A DNA stretch of 64,000 bases from Acidimicrobiia bacterium (GCA_009835395.1 VXXM01000071.1:29396-93395); one strand, 5' to 3'. Shown: positions 54,703-63,951, counted from the stretch's first letter. Made by a program: numbers and translations. The notes: generated from the letters alone by a model not told the origin.

Positions 54703-56979
54703 TCAGAGCCGCGTGCGGATCACGTTGAGGGCGCTGCCGGCACGGAACCAGTCGATCTGGTCGGCCGACATCGTGTGGGTGGTGTCGAACAGATCCGTCG
54801 AGCCGTCGGGGTGTGACACCTCCACCCGCACCGGCTCGCCGGGCGCCAGGTCGGCCAGGCCCCGGATGGCGATGCGGTCGTCCTCGCCGATGCGGTCGTA
54901 GTCGGCGGGGTCGGCGAACGTGAGCGCCAGCACGCCCTGCTTCTTGAGGTTGGTCTCGTGGATGCGGGCGAAGGAGCGCACGATGACGGCCACGCAGCCC
55001 CGGAACCGGGGCTCCATGGCGGCGTGCTCGCGGGAGGAGCCCTCGCCGTAGTTGGCGTCACCCACGGCGACCCACGACCAGCCGGCGGTGTGGTAGCGCT
55101 CGGCGATCTCGGGATACGGGCGGACCTGTCCGTCGGTCTGGTCCTTGCCCTCGCCGACCGCGCCGCCGAAGGCGTTGACCGCGCCGGCGAAGAGGTTGCC
55201 GCTGATGTTCTCGAGGTGCCCCCGGTAGCGCAGCCACGGCCCGGCGGCGGAGATGTGGTCGGTGGTGCACTTGCCGGCCGCCTTCACCAGCACCGGCAGG
55301 TTCTCGTAGTCCCGCCCGTCCCAGGGGGTGAACGGCTGCAGCTCCTGCAGGCGCCTGCTGGTCGGCGAGATGCGCACCTCGATGGCGGCCCGCTCCGCCT
55401 CCGGCGGCGGGGCGACGAAACCCGCCTCGCCGGGATCGAAGCCGTCGGGCGGCAACTCGGTGCCGACCGGCTCGAGCAGGCGCACCTCCTCGCCGGCGTC
55501 GTTGGTGAGGGTGTCGGTGAGCGGGTCGAAGTCCACCCGGCCGGCCAGGGCAAGGGCCACCACCACCTCCGGTGAGGTAACGAAGGCCAGTGTGGAGGCC
55601 AGGCCGTCGTTGCGCTTGGGGAAGTTGCGGTTGTAGCTGTTCACGATCACGTTGACGTCGCCCTCGGCCACGTCGCTGCGCGACCACTGGCCGATGCACG
55701 GCCCGCAGGCGTTGGCCAGCACCGTGGCCCCTGCCTCCTCGAAGACGCCCAGCAACCCGTCGCGGGTGATGGTGGCGCGGATCTGCTCGGAGCCCGGCGT
55801 GACCAGCAGCGGCGCCTGCACCTTCAGCCCTTTCGCCACCGCCCCGGAGACGATGCTGGCCGCCCGGGTGATGTCCTCGTAGGAGGAGTTGGTGCACGAG
55901 CCGACCAGCGCCGCGGAGATCTCCATGGGCCAGCCCTCGGCGGCCGCCTCGGCGCCCAACTCCGACACCGGGCGGGCACGGTCGGGCGAGTGGGGTCCGT
56001 TGATGTGCGGCGCCAGGGTGGACAAGTCGATCTCGACGACCGAGTCGTAGCAACCCTCCGGGTCGGCGATCACGCCGTCGTCGGGCCGCAGGTGCTCGGC
56101 GACGGCGTCGGCCGCCGCGGCCACCTGCTCGCGCCCGGTGGCCTTCAGGTAGCGGGCCATGGACTCGTCGTAGGCGAACAGCGAGGTGGTGGCGCCGATC
56201 TCGGCGCCCATGTTGCAGATGGTGGCCTTGCCGGTGGCGGAGATCGTCTCGGCGCCGGGACCGAAGTACTCGACGATGGCGCCGGTGCCGCCGGCCACCG
56301 TCAGCAGGTCGGCCACCTTCAGGATGACGTCCTTGGGTGCCGACCAGCCCGACAGGCGCCCGGTGAGGCGCACGCCGATGAACTTCGGCCAGCGCACATT
56401 CCAGGGGAACCCGGTCATGACGTCCACGGCGTCGGCGCCGCCCACACCCACCGCCACCATGCCCAGCCCGCCGGCGTTCGGGCTGTGGCTGTCGGTGCCG
56501 ATCATCATCCCACCGGGGAAGGCGTAGTTCTCCAGCACGACCTGGTGGATGATGCCCGAGCCCGGCTTCCAGAACCCGGCCCCGTAGCGGGCGCTCACCG
56601 ACTCGAGGAAGTCGTAGACCTCGTCGTGGTTCTCCAGCGCCGCCAGCAGGTCGCGCCGCGCGTCCACCTTCGCCTGAATGAGGTGGTCGCAGTGCACCGT
56701 GGTCGGCACGGCAACCTCGTCGAGCCCGGCGGTCATGAACTGCAGCCAGGCCATCTGGGCCGTGGCGTCCTGCATCGCCACCCGGTCGGGGCGGAAGTCG
56801 ACGTAGCTGCGCCCCCGCCCGGGCAGGGGTCCCGACGGGTCGTCGAGGTGGCCGATGAGGATCTTCTCCGCCGCCGTCAGCGGACGGTCGGTGGCGGCCC
56901 GGGCGGAAGAGACCGCCGCGGCCAGGCGACCGTATGCGGCCTCGATCAACTCGATGGGGGTGCTGGCATGGACGGCCAT
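54703..56979 (-). CDS. acn: aconitate hydratase, mitochondrial (Aco2) type
   Basis: ATG at 56977-56979 ([10 protein letters not shown]...). Near-continuous manual alignment to eukaryotic mitochondrial aconitase ([83 protein letters not shown]). Confidence 0.9.
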   Translation of the reverse strand: MAVHASTPIELIEAAYGRLAAAVSSARAATDRPLTAAEKILIGHLDDPSGPLPGRGRSYVDFRPDRVAMQDATAQMAWLQFMTAGLDEVAVPTTVHCDHLIQAKVDARRDLLAALENHDEVYDFLESVSARYGAGFWKPGSGIIHQVVLENYAFPGGMMIGTDSHSPNAGGLGMVAVGVGGADAVDVMTGFPWNVRWPKFIGVRLTGRLSGWSAPKDVILKVADLLTVAGGTGAIVEYFGPGAETISATGKATICNMGAEIGATTSLFAYDESMARYLKATGREQVAAAADAVAEHLRPDDGVIADPEGCYDSVVEIDLSTLAPHINGPHSPDRARPVSELGAEAAAEGWPMEISAALVGSCTNSSYEDITRAASIVSGAVAKGLKVQAPLLVTPGSEQIRATITRDGLLGVFEEAGATVLANACGPCIGQWSRSDVAEGDVNVIVNSYNRNFPKRNDGLASTLAFVTSPEVVVALALAGRVDFDPLTDTLTNDAGEEVRLLEPVGTELPPDGFDPGEAGFVAPPPEAERAAIEVRISPTSRRLQELQPFTPWDGRDYENLPVLVKAAGKCTTDHISAAGPWLRYRGHLENISGNLFAGAVNAFGGAVGEGKDQTDGQVRPYPEIAERYHTAGWSWVAVGDANYGEGSSREHAAMEPRFRGCVAVIVRSFARIHETNLKKQGVLALTFADPADYDRIGEDDRIAIRGLADLAPGEPVRVEVSHPDGSTDLFDTTHTMSADQIDWFRAGSALNVIRTRL

Positions 56980-57051
56980 GGTGTACCTCTCGGCGCGGGG
57001 GCTCGCCTCGTTTCTACCGCCCGCGCGGCCCGGCCCCACCGGCCGGCGCCG

Positions 57052-57957
57052 TCAGCGGGGCCAGCGGCGGGCTCGTGGCTTGCTGCGGTGCGACAGCGCC
57101 CAGGCGCGACGCCAGGAGGCGGCGTCGGGGCCGGTCAGCGTGGGGGTGGTGCGGGTGTGCACCCGGTGGCGTGCCTGCCACCAGTCGGTGGTGACCTCGT
57201 CGGCCAGGGCCGCCACGGCGGCCTCGATGCGGGCCCCGAGGGTGCGGATCCGCTCGCTGGGGTCGGGGCGGACCGGATCGCCGAAGACCACGAGCGTGCG
57301 TCCCGGAGTCGGCACCAGCCGCCCCTTCGGCAGGATCTTGCGGGTGCCGGCCAGGTACACGGGCACGACCGGCACGTCGCAGCGGTGCGCCAGGTAGGCG
57401 GCGCCGCCCCGGAACGGCTGGCCCCAGCCGTCGGTGCTGCGCCCTCCTTCGGGATACAGCAGCAGGCTCCAGCCGCGGCGCACCAGGCCGGCGACCTCCT
57501 GCGCGGAGTCGCGGCCCACCCGGGCCCGCTCCACCGGCACGGCCCCCATGAACAGCGCCGAGGCGACTCCCTTGGGGCGGGTCGGGAAGAAGTAGTCCGC
57601 CGCCGCCGCCACGATCAGGGTGTGGCGCCACGGCTCGGGGATCGACGTCATCAGCAGCGGGGTGTCGAGGTGGCTGTGGTGGTTGGCGGCGAAGATGACC
57701 GGCTCGCCGTCCAGGGCCTCGAGGCGGTCCAGGCCGAGGCGGGCGGGCTGGGCGGCGGCCGCCACCACCGGTCGCCAGAGCAACTCGATCACAGAGGCGC
57801 GCACCATGCGGGCGGGCCAGCGGCGGGCCCAGTCGGTGTCGAAGTCGGCGCCGAGCACGGCGGGGAGGTGCTGCGGAGGCGCCGACAGCGGCACGGTCGG
57901 GGGGCGCCACGGGAAGTCCAGGCTCCGCAGCAGGCCACCCACGGGGTTGCGCCTCAC
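57052..57957 (-). CDS. 1-acyl-sn-glycerol-3-phosphate acyltransferase-like (PlsC family)
   Basis: HX4D motif NHHSHLD and the YPEGGRS block. Start set at GTG 57955-57957 (VRRNPVGG...). A TTG at 57993 is an alternative that would overlap the upstream gene. Confidence 0.7.
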   Translation of the reverse strand: MRRNPVGGLLRSLDFPWRPPTVPLSAPPQHLPAVLGADFDTDWARRWPARMVRASVIELLWRPVVAAAAQPARLGLDRLEALDGEPVIFAANHHSHLDTPLLMTSIPEPWRHTLIVAAAADYFFPTRPKGVASALFMGAVPVERARVGRDSAQEVAGLVRRGWSLLLYPEGGRSTDGWGQPFRGGAAYLAHRCDVPVVPVYLAGTRKILPKGRLVPTPGRTLVVFGDPVRPDPSERIRTLGARIEAAVAALADEVTTDWWQARHRVHTRTTPTLTGPDAASWRRAWALSHRSKPRARRWPR

Positions 57958-57988
57958 GACACGTCCGCCATCACGACACGTCCGCCAT
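57954..57988. repeat. perfect 17-bp tandem duplication at the LarA-like / PlsC gene junction
   Basis: CACGACACGTCCGCCAT occurs at 57955-57971 and again at 57972-57988. On the coding strand each copy reads ATGGCGGACGTGTCGTG. Confidence 0.9.
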
Positions 57989-59587
57989 GACAAAGGGGGG
58001 CAGGTGCAGGTGCGTGACCGACGGTCGGCTGCCCACCACGTCGCCGGCGATCTCGAAGGCGTCGCTGAGGCTGGAGGCCGGGGCGAACCCCATGCGCCGC
58101 ACCGCCGCCCGGTCGCCGCCCACCACGATGACCCGGCCCAGGTAGCTCAGCGCGTGCGCCCCCCAGTACCACATGTAGAAGGGGTGCACGCCGTGGTAGG
58201 CGTAGGAGGTGCGGTAGAGGTGCCGGTACCACTCGTCGGTGGCGTACTGCAGCTCGTAGCGGGCCTCGATCTCGGCGGGGTCGGTGGTGTCTGCCAACAC
58301 CTGCTCGAAGAAGTCGATGTAGCTGGGGTGGTGCACCGGGTGGAACTCCCAGGGCGTGGGGTGGGTCATGATCACCACCCCACCGGGGCGCACCAGCGGC
58401 CGCCCCCGGTAGAGGTTGAAGAAGTACCCGAGTCCCAGGCACATGACCAGGATCGGGTTCATGATGGAGTTGACGTTGTAGGGGCAGATGTAGGGCAGCC
58501 CCATGGTCAGCACGTCGGTCTGGCCCTCCACGGCCACGAGTTGCTGGCGGTAGACGTTCTCGGTGGTGACCTTGTGGACGGCCTCCACCTCGCCGGCCTG
58601 CACCGAGGTGATGGCGTACGGCGCCCGCCAGGACTGGAAGGCACGCCGGCGGGCGGCCGGCGACATGACCTGCAGCCCGCCCTGCATGGCCAGGAACGTG
58701 GCCCGATCCCGTGCGGTCCACTCCCACTCACGCTTCTGCAGCATCGACAGCGAGCCGCTGGTGCCGAAGCTGTTGTTGTTGAGGGTGGTCTCGATCTGGA
58801 ACACCCGGGGCCCGGATTCCCGCAGCACCGCACCCTGGCGCCAGTTGGAGTGGTGGAGTTCGGAGTTGCGCTGGTCCATGAACGAGCGCGACTTCAACAT
58901 CGTGGCGACGTTGTGGTGGTGGCGCAGACCCTGGTAGCCCGACAGGCCCGTGGCGGTGCTCTTCCAGCCGCCGTCCATGGCCACGAGGTTGACGTTCACG
59001 TACACGACGAGATCGCTCTCGGCGGCGCGGCGGCTGATCTGCACCTCCTCGCCGTGGCCGGTCACACCCAGGACCACCATGCCGTCGGGATCCTCGGCGT
59101 CGTGGTTGTAGAGGCGCCGCGACGGGGCGAAGGCTTCGTAGACGCGGTCTCCGACGGCGTGGCGCAACTCGGCCTCGGTCATGCGCCGGTGCAGCGCCAG
59201 GGCGGCGATGATGTGTACGTCGTCGACGCCGGCCGCGGCGGCCAAGTCCAGCACAGTCTCGATCACCTGCTGGCGCACATCGGGACGCTGCATCGGGGGC
59301 AGCGGCAGCGAGATGTCGTCGAAGGCGATGGTGAGTCTCATGCCGGGCCGCAGCAGCGCCGGCAGCGGCTCGCTGTCGATGGGGTGCTCGAGGGCGTGGC
59401 GGATGGCGCCGGCGGGATCCGGGAGGCCCTCCAGAGGGCTGGGCGGGTAGATCACCCGGGAGCGCCCCGCCGGCAGCCGCTCGAGCCGGAACCCCTCGCC
59501 GTGGTGGAACAGGATCGGCGGGGTCGACCGCTCGACCTCCAGCACGAAGCCCGGTCGCGGGGTGGGGGAGGCGGTGCGGGGACTCAT
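57971..59587 (-). CDS. LarA-like (lactate racemase N-terminal domain/DUF2088) protein, extended form
   Basis: 538 aa. Manual alignment to L. plantarum LarA over RLTIAFDD..., ALHRRMTEAEL (His108 equivalent), GGWKS (GGRKS Lys184 equivalent) and RHHHN (NH His200 equivalent). Confidence 0.55.
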   Translation of the reverse strand: MSPRTASPTPRPGFVLEVERSTPPILFHHGEGFRLERLPAGRSRVIYPPSPLEGLPDPAGAIRHALEHPIDSEPLPALLRPGMRLTIAFDDISLPLPPMQRPDVRQQVIETVLDLAAAAGVDDVHIIAALALHRRMTEAELRHAVGDRVYEAFAPSRRLYNHDAEDPDGMVVLGVTGHGEEVQISRRAAESDLVVYVNVNLVAMDGGWKSTATGLSGYQGLRHHHNVATMLKSRSFMDQRNSELHHSNWRQGAVLRESGPRVFQIETTLNNNSFGTSGSLSMLQKREWEWTARDRATFLAMQGGLQVMSPAARRRAFQSWRAPYAITSVQAGEVEAVHKVTTENVYRQQLVAVEGQTDVLTMGLPYICPYNVNSIMNPILVMCLGLGYFFNLYRGRPLVRPGGVVIMTHPTPWEFHPVHHPSYIDFFEQVLADTTDPAEIEARYELQYATDEWYRHLYRTSYAYHGVHPFYMWYWGAHALSYLGRVIVVGGDRAAVRRMGFAPASSLSDAFEIAGDVVGSRPSVTHLHLPPFVMADVS

Positions 59588-59594
59588 CGGCCGT

Positions 59595-61922
59595 TCATCG
59601 TCGCACGACCGGCTCGGCCAGCGGCAGCAGCTTGCGCGGCCCGCCGGGGGCCTGCTTGAAGTTCTCGATGAGCCAGCCCCGGCGCCGGGCGAGGGTTGCC
59701 AGCTTGGTCTCGGGGTTCACCGCAACCGGGAACCCCACGGCCTCGAGCATGGGCAGGTCGCTGGTGGAGTCGGCGTAGGCCACCGACTCGGCGAGTGAGA
59801 TTCCCTCCCGAGCCGCGTAGTCCAGCAACGCCTCGGCGCGGCTCTCCCCGGTGGGCGGCACGGTGGCGAGTTGGCCGGTGTAGGCGGATCCGCCGCGGGT
59901 GCGGGTCAGGGAGGCGCACACGATGTCGTCGAACAGCGGGGCGAACGGGGCGATCACGAAGTCCAGCGCCCCGGTGATCAGCACGGTGCGGTGGCCCAGC
60001 GCCCGGTGGTGGCGCACCCTGCGGATGGCCGCGGGGAACGACTGGCGCAGCAGCAGATCGCTGAACATCTCGAAGCTGTCGTCGGCCACCTGGTCGACGG
60101 GGGCCCCGGCGAAGCGGCGGTAGAAGTAGCGCAGGAAGTCGCTGCGGTCGTGGCGGTCGAGGTCCAGCAGCTTCGGCGCCTCGGCGAGGGTGCGGGCCAC
60201 CAGGCGGGCCCGCTCGGCGGTCGGCATCCGCTTGGTCGCCAGCCAGCCCCACGAGGCGACGACGTTGGAGGCGACCAGCGTGTTCTCCAAATCGAAGGCG
60301 GCCATGTGGCGCTGCGGCGACAGCACCTGCTGGCGACGCCGGGTGTCCCGGTCGACCCCGGCCCTCACCGCCGGTGCCGTCTTGAGCCGTCCCTGGGCGA
60401 TCACCGACGGCAGGTGGATCTCGGTGAGGTAGCGGCGCCAGTCGATCCGGCGCGGATCGAAGTTGAAGCTCTCCCGATCGTCGGGTGTCAGTGCCTCGTG
60501 CAGCGCCAGCAGCTCACGGATCCCGAAGGTCGCCTGGCACTCCACGTAGCTGCTGTAGAGGTCCACGTAGCTGAGCGCCCGCTCCACCTGGGCGCGCTTC
60601 TCGGCGAAGTCGGCCGCGACGCCCGCCTTCTCGCCGCGGATCGGCAGCGCGCTGAGCACCTTCTCGCCGGTCTCCAGGGCGCGCTTGGCGCGCTCCAGGC
60701 TGTTCTGGACGCGCTTGCGGCTGGGATACGACCAGCGCGGCGGGCTGATTGGCTGGTTGCGCTCGTCGTAGATCGGGTTCTCACAGAACCAGGCGTGCGA
60801 CCAGTCGTGGAGGTCCTCGAAACGGAACGGGTTGACCTCGCTGGAGGCCACCTGCACCACGTTCGGTTGGCCGTCGGCGGCAGGGCCGTCGGCGGCGACG
60901 GCGCACACCGCCGCGGCCACCTGGTCCACGGGGATGACGTCGAGGGTTCCCTCGGGCGTGCCGGGGAAGTCCTGCAGCAGGCCGCGGGCGTAGGAGATGA
61001 TGATCGGCTCGGCCATGCGGAAGCCGCGGATCCAGCCGGGGAACGGCTCGGCCAGGGCCGACTCGATGATCGACGGCCGCACGATGGTGAGCGGGATGGC
61101 GCCGCGGGTCTCGGTCAGCGCCGCCTCGGCGAGGGCCTTGGTGAGCCCGTAGGCGTCGGGGAACCCCAGCGAGGCCGCCCGCGCCCGCCCCACGTCGACC
61201 AGCCGGGTGCGCACCCAGCGCTGGCGGATCTGCTCGCGCTTGGCGCTGAGCGCGGCGGTCCCGGCGGCGCCGAGTTCGCCGTCCGCCTCCTTGGCGAACT
61301 CCTCGAGGCGCTCCGGGGTGCGGCTCTCGTCCTCTATGGCATCGCGATTGCGGCGTGCCGACGCCGCCTCGGCGCGCCAGTCCACCGCCACGGCGAAGTG
61401 GCTCTCGGCGAGGAGTTCCTCGGGGGCGAACCCCCGCCGGTTGCCGGCCACGTACGCGGTCGAGACCGAGACCAGGTGGGGAGTGGTGCCGATGTCGGCC
61501 AGCAACTCCACGAGGCGGATCGGCCCCAGCAGGTTGGTCTCCACAGCCAGGTCGAAGGGGTTGTCGAAGGCCACCGCCGCGGCGGCGTGGACGACGATGT
61601 CGCAGCCGGCCAGGAGCTCCCGCCCCTCGGCGTCGCAGCCCAGACCGTCGACGCTGACGTCGGCGGCGACGGCCTCGATGCGCTGGGCCGTCTCGGCGGC
61701 GAAACCGTCGCGGCCGAGGGCCTCCCGGAGGCGGTCGAAGGCGTCGTTGCGCAGCACCTCGCGGCGGATCCGCTCGGCGGCGCCGCGGCGGCCGGGTCGC
61801 ACCAGGAGGACCAGCTCGCATTCCGGGACCGAGCGCAGCAGCTTCTCCACCAGAGCGGTTCCCAGGAAACCGGTGGCGCCGGTGAGTGCGATGCGCTTGC
61901 CGGCCAGGGCCTCGGGGATCAC
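59595..61922 (-). CDS. fatty acyl-CoA reductase (NAD-binding 'male sterility' domain) fused to a HAD-IB hydrolase domain
   Basis: GTG at 61920-61922. N-terminal LTGATGFLGTALVEKLL Rossmann fold and a YGLTK-type catalytic pattern. The C-terminal HAD motifs are FDLENTL, ITGA and YADSTSDLPML. Confidence 0.75.
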   Translation of the reverse strand: MIPEALAGKRIALTGATGFLGTALVEKLLRSVPECELVLLVRPGRRGAAERIRREVLRNDAFDRLREALGRDGFAAETAQRIEAVAADVSVDGLGCDAEGRELLAGCDIVVHAAAAVAFDNPFDLAVETNLLGPIRLVELLADIGTTPHLVSVSTAYVAGNRRGFAPEELLAESHFAVAVDWRAEAASARRNRDAIEDESRTPERLEEFAKEADGELGAAGTAALSAKREQIRQRWVRTRLVDVGRARAASLGFPDAYGLTKALAEAALTETRGAIPLTIVRPSIIESALAEPFPGWIRGFRMAEPIIISYARGLLQDFPGTPEGTLDVIPVDQVAAAVCAVAADGPAADGQPNVVQVASSEVNPFRFEDLHDWSHAWFCENPIYDERNQPISPPRWSYPSRKRVQNSLERAKRALETGEKVLSALPIRGEKAGVAADFAEKRAQVERALSYVDLYSSYVECQATFGIRELLALHEALTPDDRESFNFDPRRIDWRRYLTEIHLPSVIAQGRLKTAPAVRAGVDRDTRRRQQVLSPQRHMAAFDLENTLVASNVVASWGWLATKRMPTAERARLVARTLAEAPKLLDLDRHDRSDFLRYFYRRFAGAPVDQVADDSFEMFSDLLLRQSFPAAIRRVRHHRALGHRTVLITGALDFVIAPFAPLFDDIVCASLTRTRGGSAYTGQLATVPPTGESRAEALLDYAAREGISLAESVAYADSTSDLPMLEAVGFPVAVNPETKLATLARRRGWLIENFKQAPGGPRKLLPLAEPVVRR

Positions 61923-61930
61923 CCTCTCTT

Positions 61931-62013
61931 TCTACCATGTGGTAGAGGCATCTACCACACGGTAAGGGGGCAAGAGCCATCAATCGCGCCGAGATGCCCT
62001 ACCAGATGGTAGA
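61931..62013. promoter_or_regulatory. three TCTACCA-N2-TGGTAGA-type operator palindromes in the divergent FAR / TetR intergenic region
   Basis: The site at 61931-61946 is perfect (TCTACCATGTGGTAGA). The site at 61951-61966 is degenerate (TCTACCACACGGTAAG). The site at 61998-62013 is near perfect (CCTACCAGATGGTAGA). Confidence 0.65.
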
Positions 62014-62037
62014 GAGCCCGGGGCGCAACTAGGCTGG

Positions 62038-62655
62038 TTGCCGGTGGAGACCCGGGATCGCATCCTCGAGGCGGCGCTCATGTCCTTCGGCGGGCGGGGC
62101 TACGACGCCGTGTCGCTGGACTCCATCGCCCGCGACAGCGGGATCCGCAAGCAGACCGTCCTGTACTACTTCGGCTCCAAGGACGCGCTCATGGCGGCGG
62201 TCATCGATCAGACGGTGGCCGATCTGACCGCGGCGCTGCTGGAGTCGGTGGAGGCGGCGCCCGCGGCCACCGGCGGTGCTGAAGGGCCATCGGATGTCTG
62301 GGCAGGCGTGGAGGCCGTGGTCCGGGCGGTGTTCCGCTTCGCCGTGCGGCGCCCGGAGATGCTGGGCCTGCTGCGGGAGGTCACCCGCCTGGGCCCGCCG
62401 TGGATGGACCGCGTGCGCGCCGGGTTCGAGCCCCTGGTGGAACGTGCCCGCGCCTTCCTGGAGGCGGGCATGGAGTCCGGCGCGATCCGCCGCTGCGACG
62501 CACGGCTGCTGCTTGTCTCCACCTACTCCACCGTCATGGGCGTCGCCACCGAGGTGGAGGTGCTGCGCGCCGTCGGCGTCGAGCCCACCCTTCGCGACAC
62601 CGTCATCCGCCGCCGCGAGCTCCTCCGCTTCCTCCGCTCAGCCCTCGTCGGCTGA
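62038..62655 (+). CDS. TetR/AcrR family transcriptional regulator
   Basis: 205 aa. HTH segment RILEAALMSFGGRGYDAVSLDSIARDSGIRKQTVLYYFGSKDAL. The start is TTG at 62038 or GTG at 62044. Confidence 0.85.
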   Translation: MPVETRDRILEAALMSFGGRGYDAVSLDSIARDSGIRKQTVLYYFGSKDALMAAVIDQTVADLTAALLESVEAAPAATGGAEGPSDVWAGVEAVVRAVFRFAVRRPEMLGLLREVTRLGPPWMDRVRAGFEPLVERARAFLEAGMESGAIRRCDARLLLVSTYSTVMGVATEVEVLRAVGVEPTLRDTVIRRRELLRFLRSALVG

Positions 62656-62687
62656 GGCTGGGGCCCGTCGGGGCGGCGTTGCCGAAC

Positions 62688-63776
62688 TCAGCGTTCGGTG
62701 CGGGTGTGGGCGGAGCGGCGGTGGTGGCGGTCGAGGGCCAGGTGGACCAGTTCGCGGATCAGGGCCGGGCCGTCGAGGCCGGAGACGGCCCAGAGGCGGG
62801 GGTACATGGAGATCGGGGTGAACCCCGGCATGGTGTTGATCTCGCTGACGATGAAGCGCCGCCCCGGTGACGCGGCCTCGTCGTAGAGGAAGTCCACTCT
62901 GGCGAGACCCTCCACGTGCAGCGCCCGGGCGGCTGCCACCGCGAGGTCCTGCACCTCGTCGGTCACCTCGGCGGGCAGGTCTGCCGGGGCGTGCAGCTCG
63001 GCTGTGTCGTTGAGGTATTTGTCGGCGTAGTCGTAGAACTCGCCGCCGGGCACGATCTCGCCGGGCAGGGAGGCCCGCAGCTCCTCGTTGCCCAGCACGG
63101 ACACCTCGATCTCCCGCCCGGGCACGAACTCCTCGATGATCAGCCGCTCGTCGTACTCCGCGGCCAGCGACAATGCCTCGGCGACCTCCGCGACGCCGGC
63201 GGCCTTGGAGACGCCGATCGAGGAGCCCATGTTGGCGGGCTTCACGAACACCGGGCTGCCCAACTCCGCCAGCAGATCGGCCGCGGTCTCGGGGCTCACG
63301 TCGCCGCCGTGCAGCACCATGTGGCGGGCCACGGGCAGCCCGGCGGCGGCCAGGAGGCTCTTGGAGGTCGGTTTGTCCATGCACACCGCACTCGACAGCA
63401 CGCCCGGCCCGACGTACGGGACGCCGGCCATCTCACAAAGGCCCTGGACGGTGCCGTCCTCGCCGAAGGGTCCGTGCAGGACGGGGAAGACGACCGGTGA
63501 CTCACCGGGTCGCCGCTCGAGTGCCCCGTCCACCGACACCGTCGGGAGGTCGTCGCCGAGCGCCGGGAGGGCGTCGTCGGCGGCTCCGTGCTCCAGAGCC
63601 ACAGCCGGTGGCGGCACCCAGCGGCCGTCGCGAGTGATGCCGAGGAGATCCACGTCGAGCCCCGCTGCGCGGGCGCACTCGGCCACGTAGCGGCCCGACA
63701 CCCGTGAGACCTCGTGTTCGGCCGACCGGCCGCCGTACAGTACGACCAGCCGGATTCGCTCGGTCACGTGCGCCAC
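62688..63776 (-). CDS. ddl: D-alanine--D-alanine ligase
   Basis: 362 aa. N-terminal block VVLYGGRSAEHEVSRVSG, ATP-grasp blocks VFVKPANMGSSIGVSK and EINTMPGFT. Confidence 0.9.
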   Translation of the reverse strand: MAHVTERIRLVVLYGGRSAEHEVSRVSGRYVAECARAAGLDVDLLGITRDGRWVPPPAVALEHGAADDALPALGDDLPTVSVDGALERRPGESPVVFPVLHGPFGEDGTVQGLCEMAGVPYVGPGVLSSAVCMDKPTSKSLLAAAGLPVARHMVLHGGDVSPETAADLLAELGSPVFVKPANMGSSIGVSKAAGVAEVAEALSLAAEYDERLIIEEFVPGREIEVSVLGNEELRASLPGEIVPGGEFYDYADKYLNDTAELHAPADLPAEVTDEVQDLAVAAARALHVEGLARVDFLYDEAASPGRRFIVSEINTMPGFTPISMYPRLWAVSGLDGPALIRELVHLALDRHHRRSAHTRTER

Positions 63777-63951
63777 GCTACCGGTGGTGCCCGGTTGCCC
63801 GAGGCACCTGCTCCGGTCGCCGCCCAGCGAGGTGTGAAGCCCTGCCCACCAGATCAGAAGTCCCGCCCACCAGGATCCGTGCTGAGCCGCCGGCTGCCGC
63901 GGCGCTCACGACGACCGAGGGTGCCCTTAGCGATGCTGGGGGGCCCGTGGC

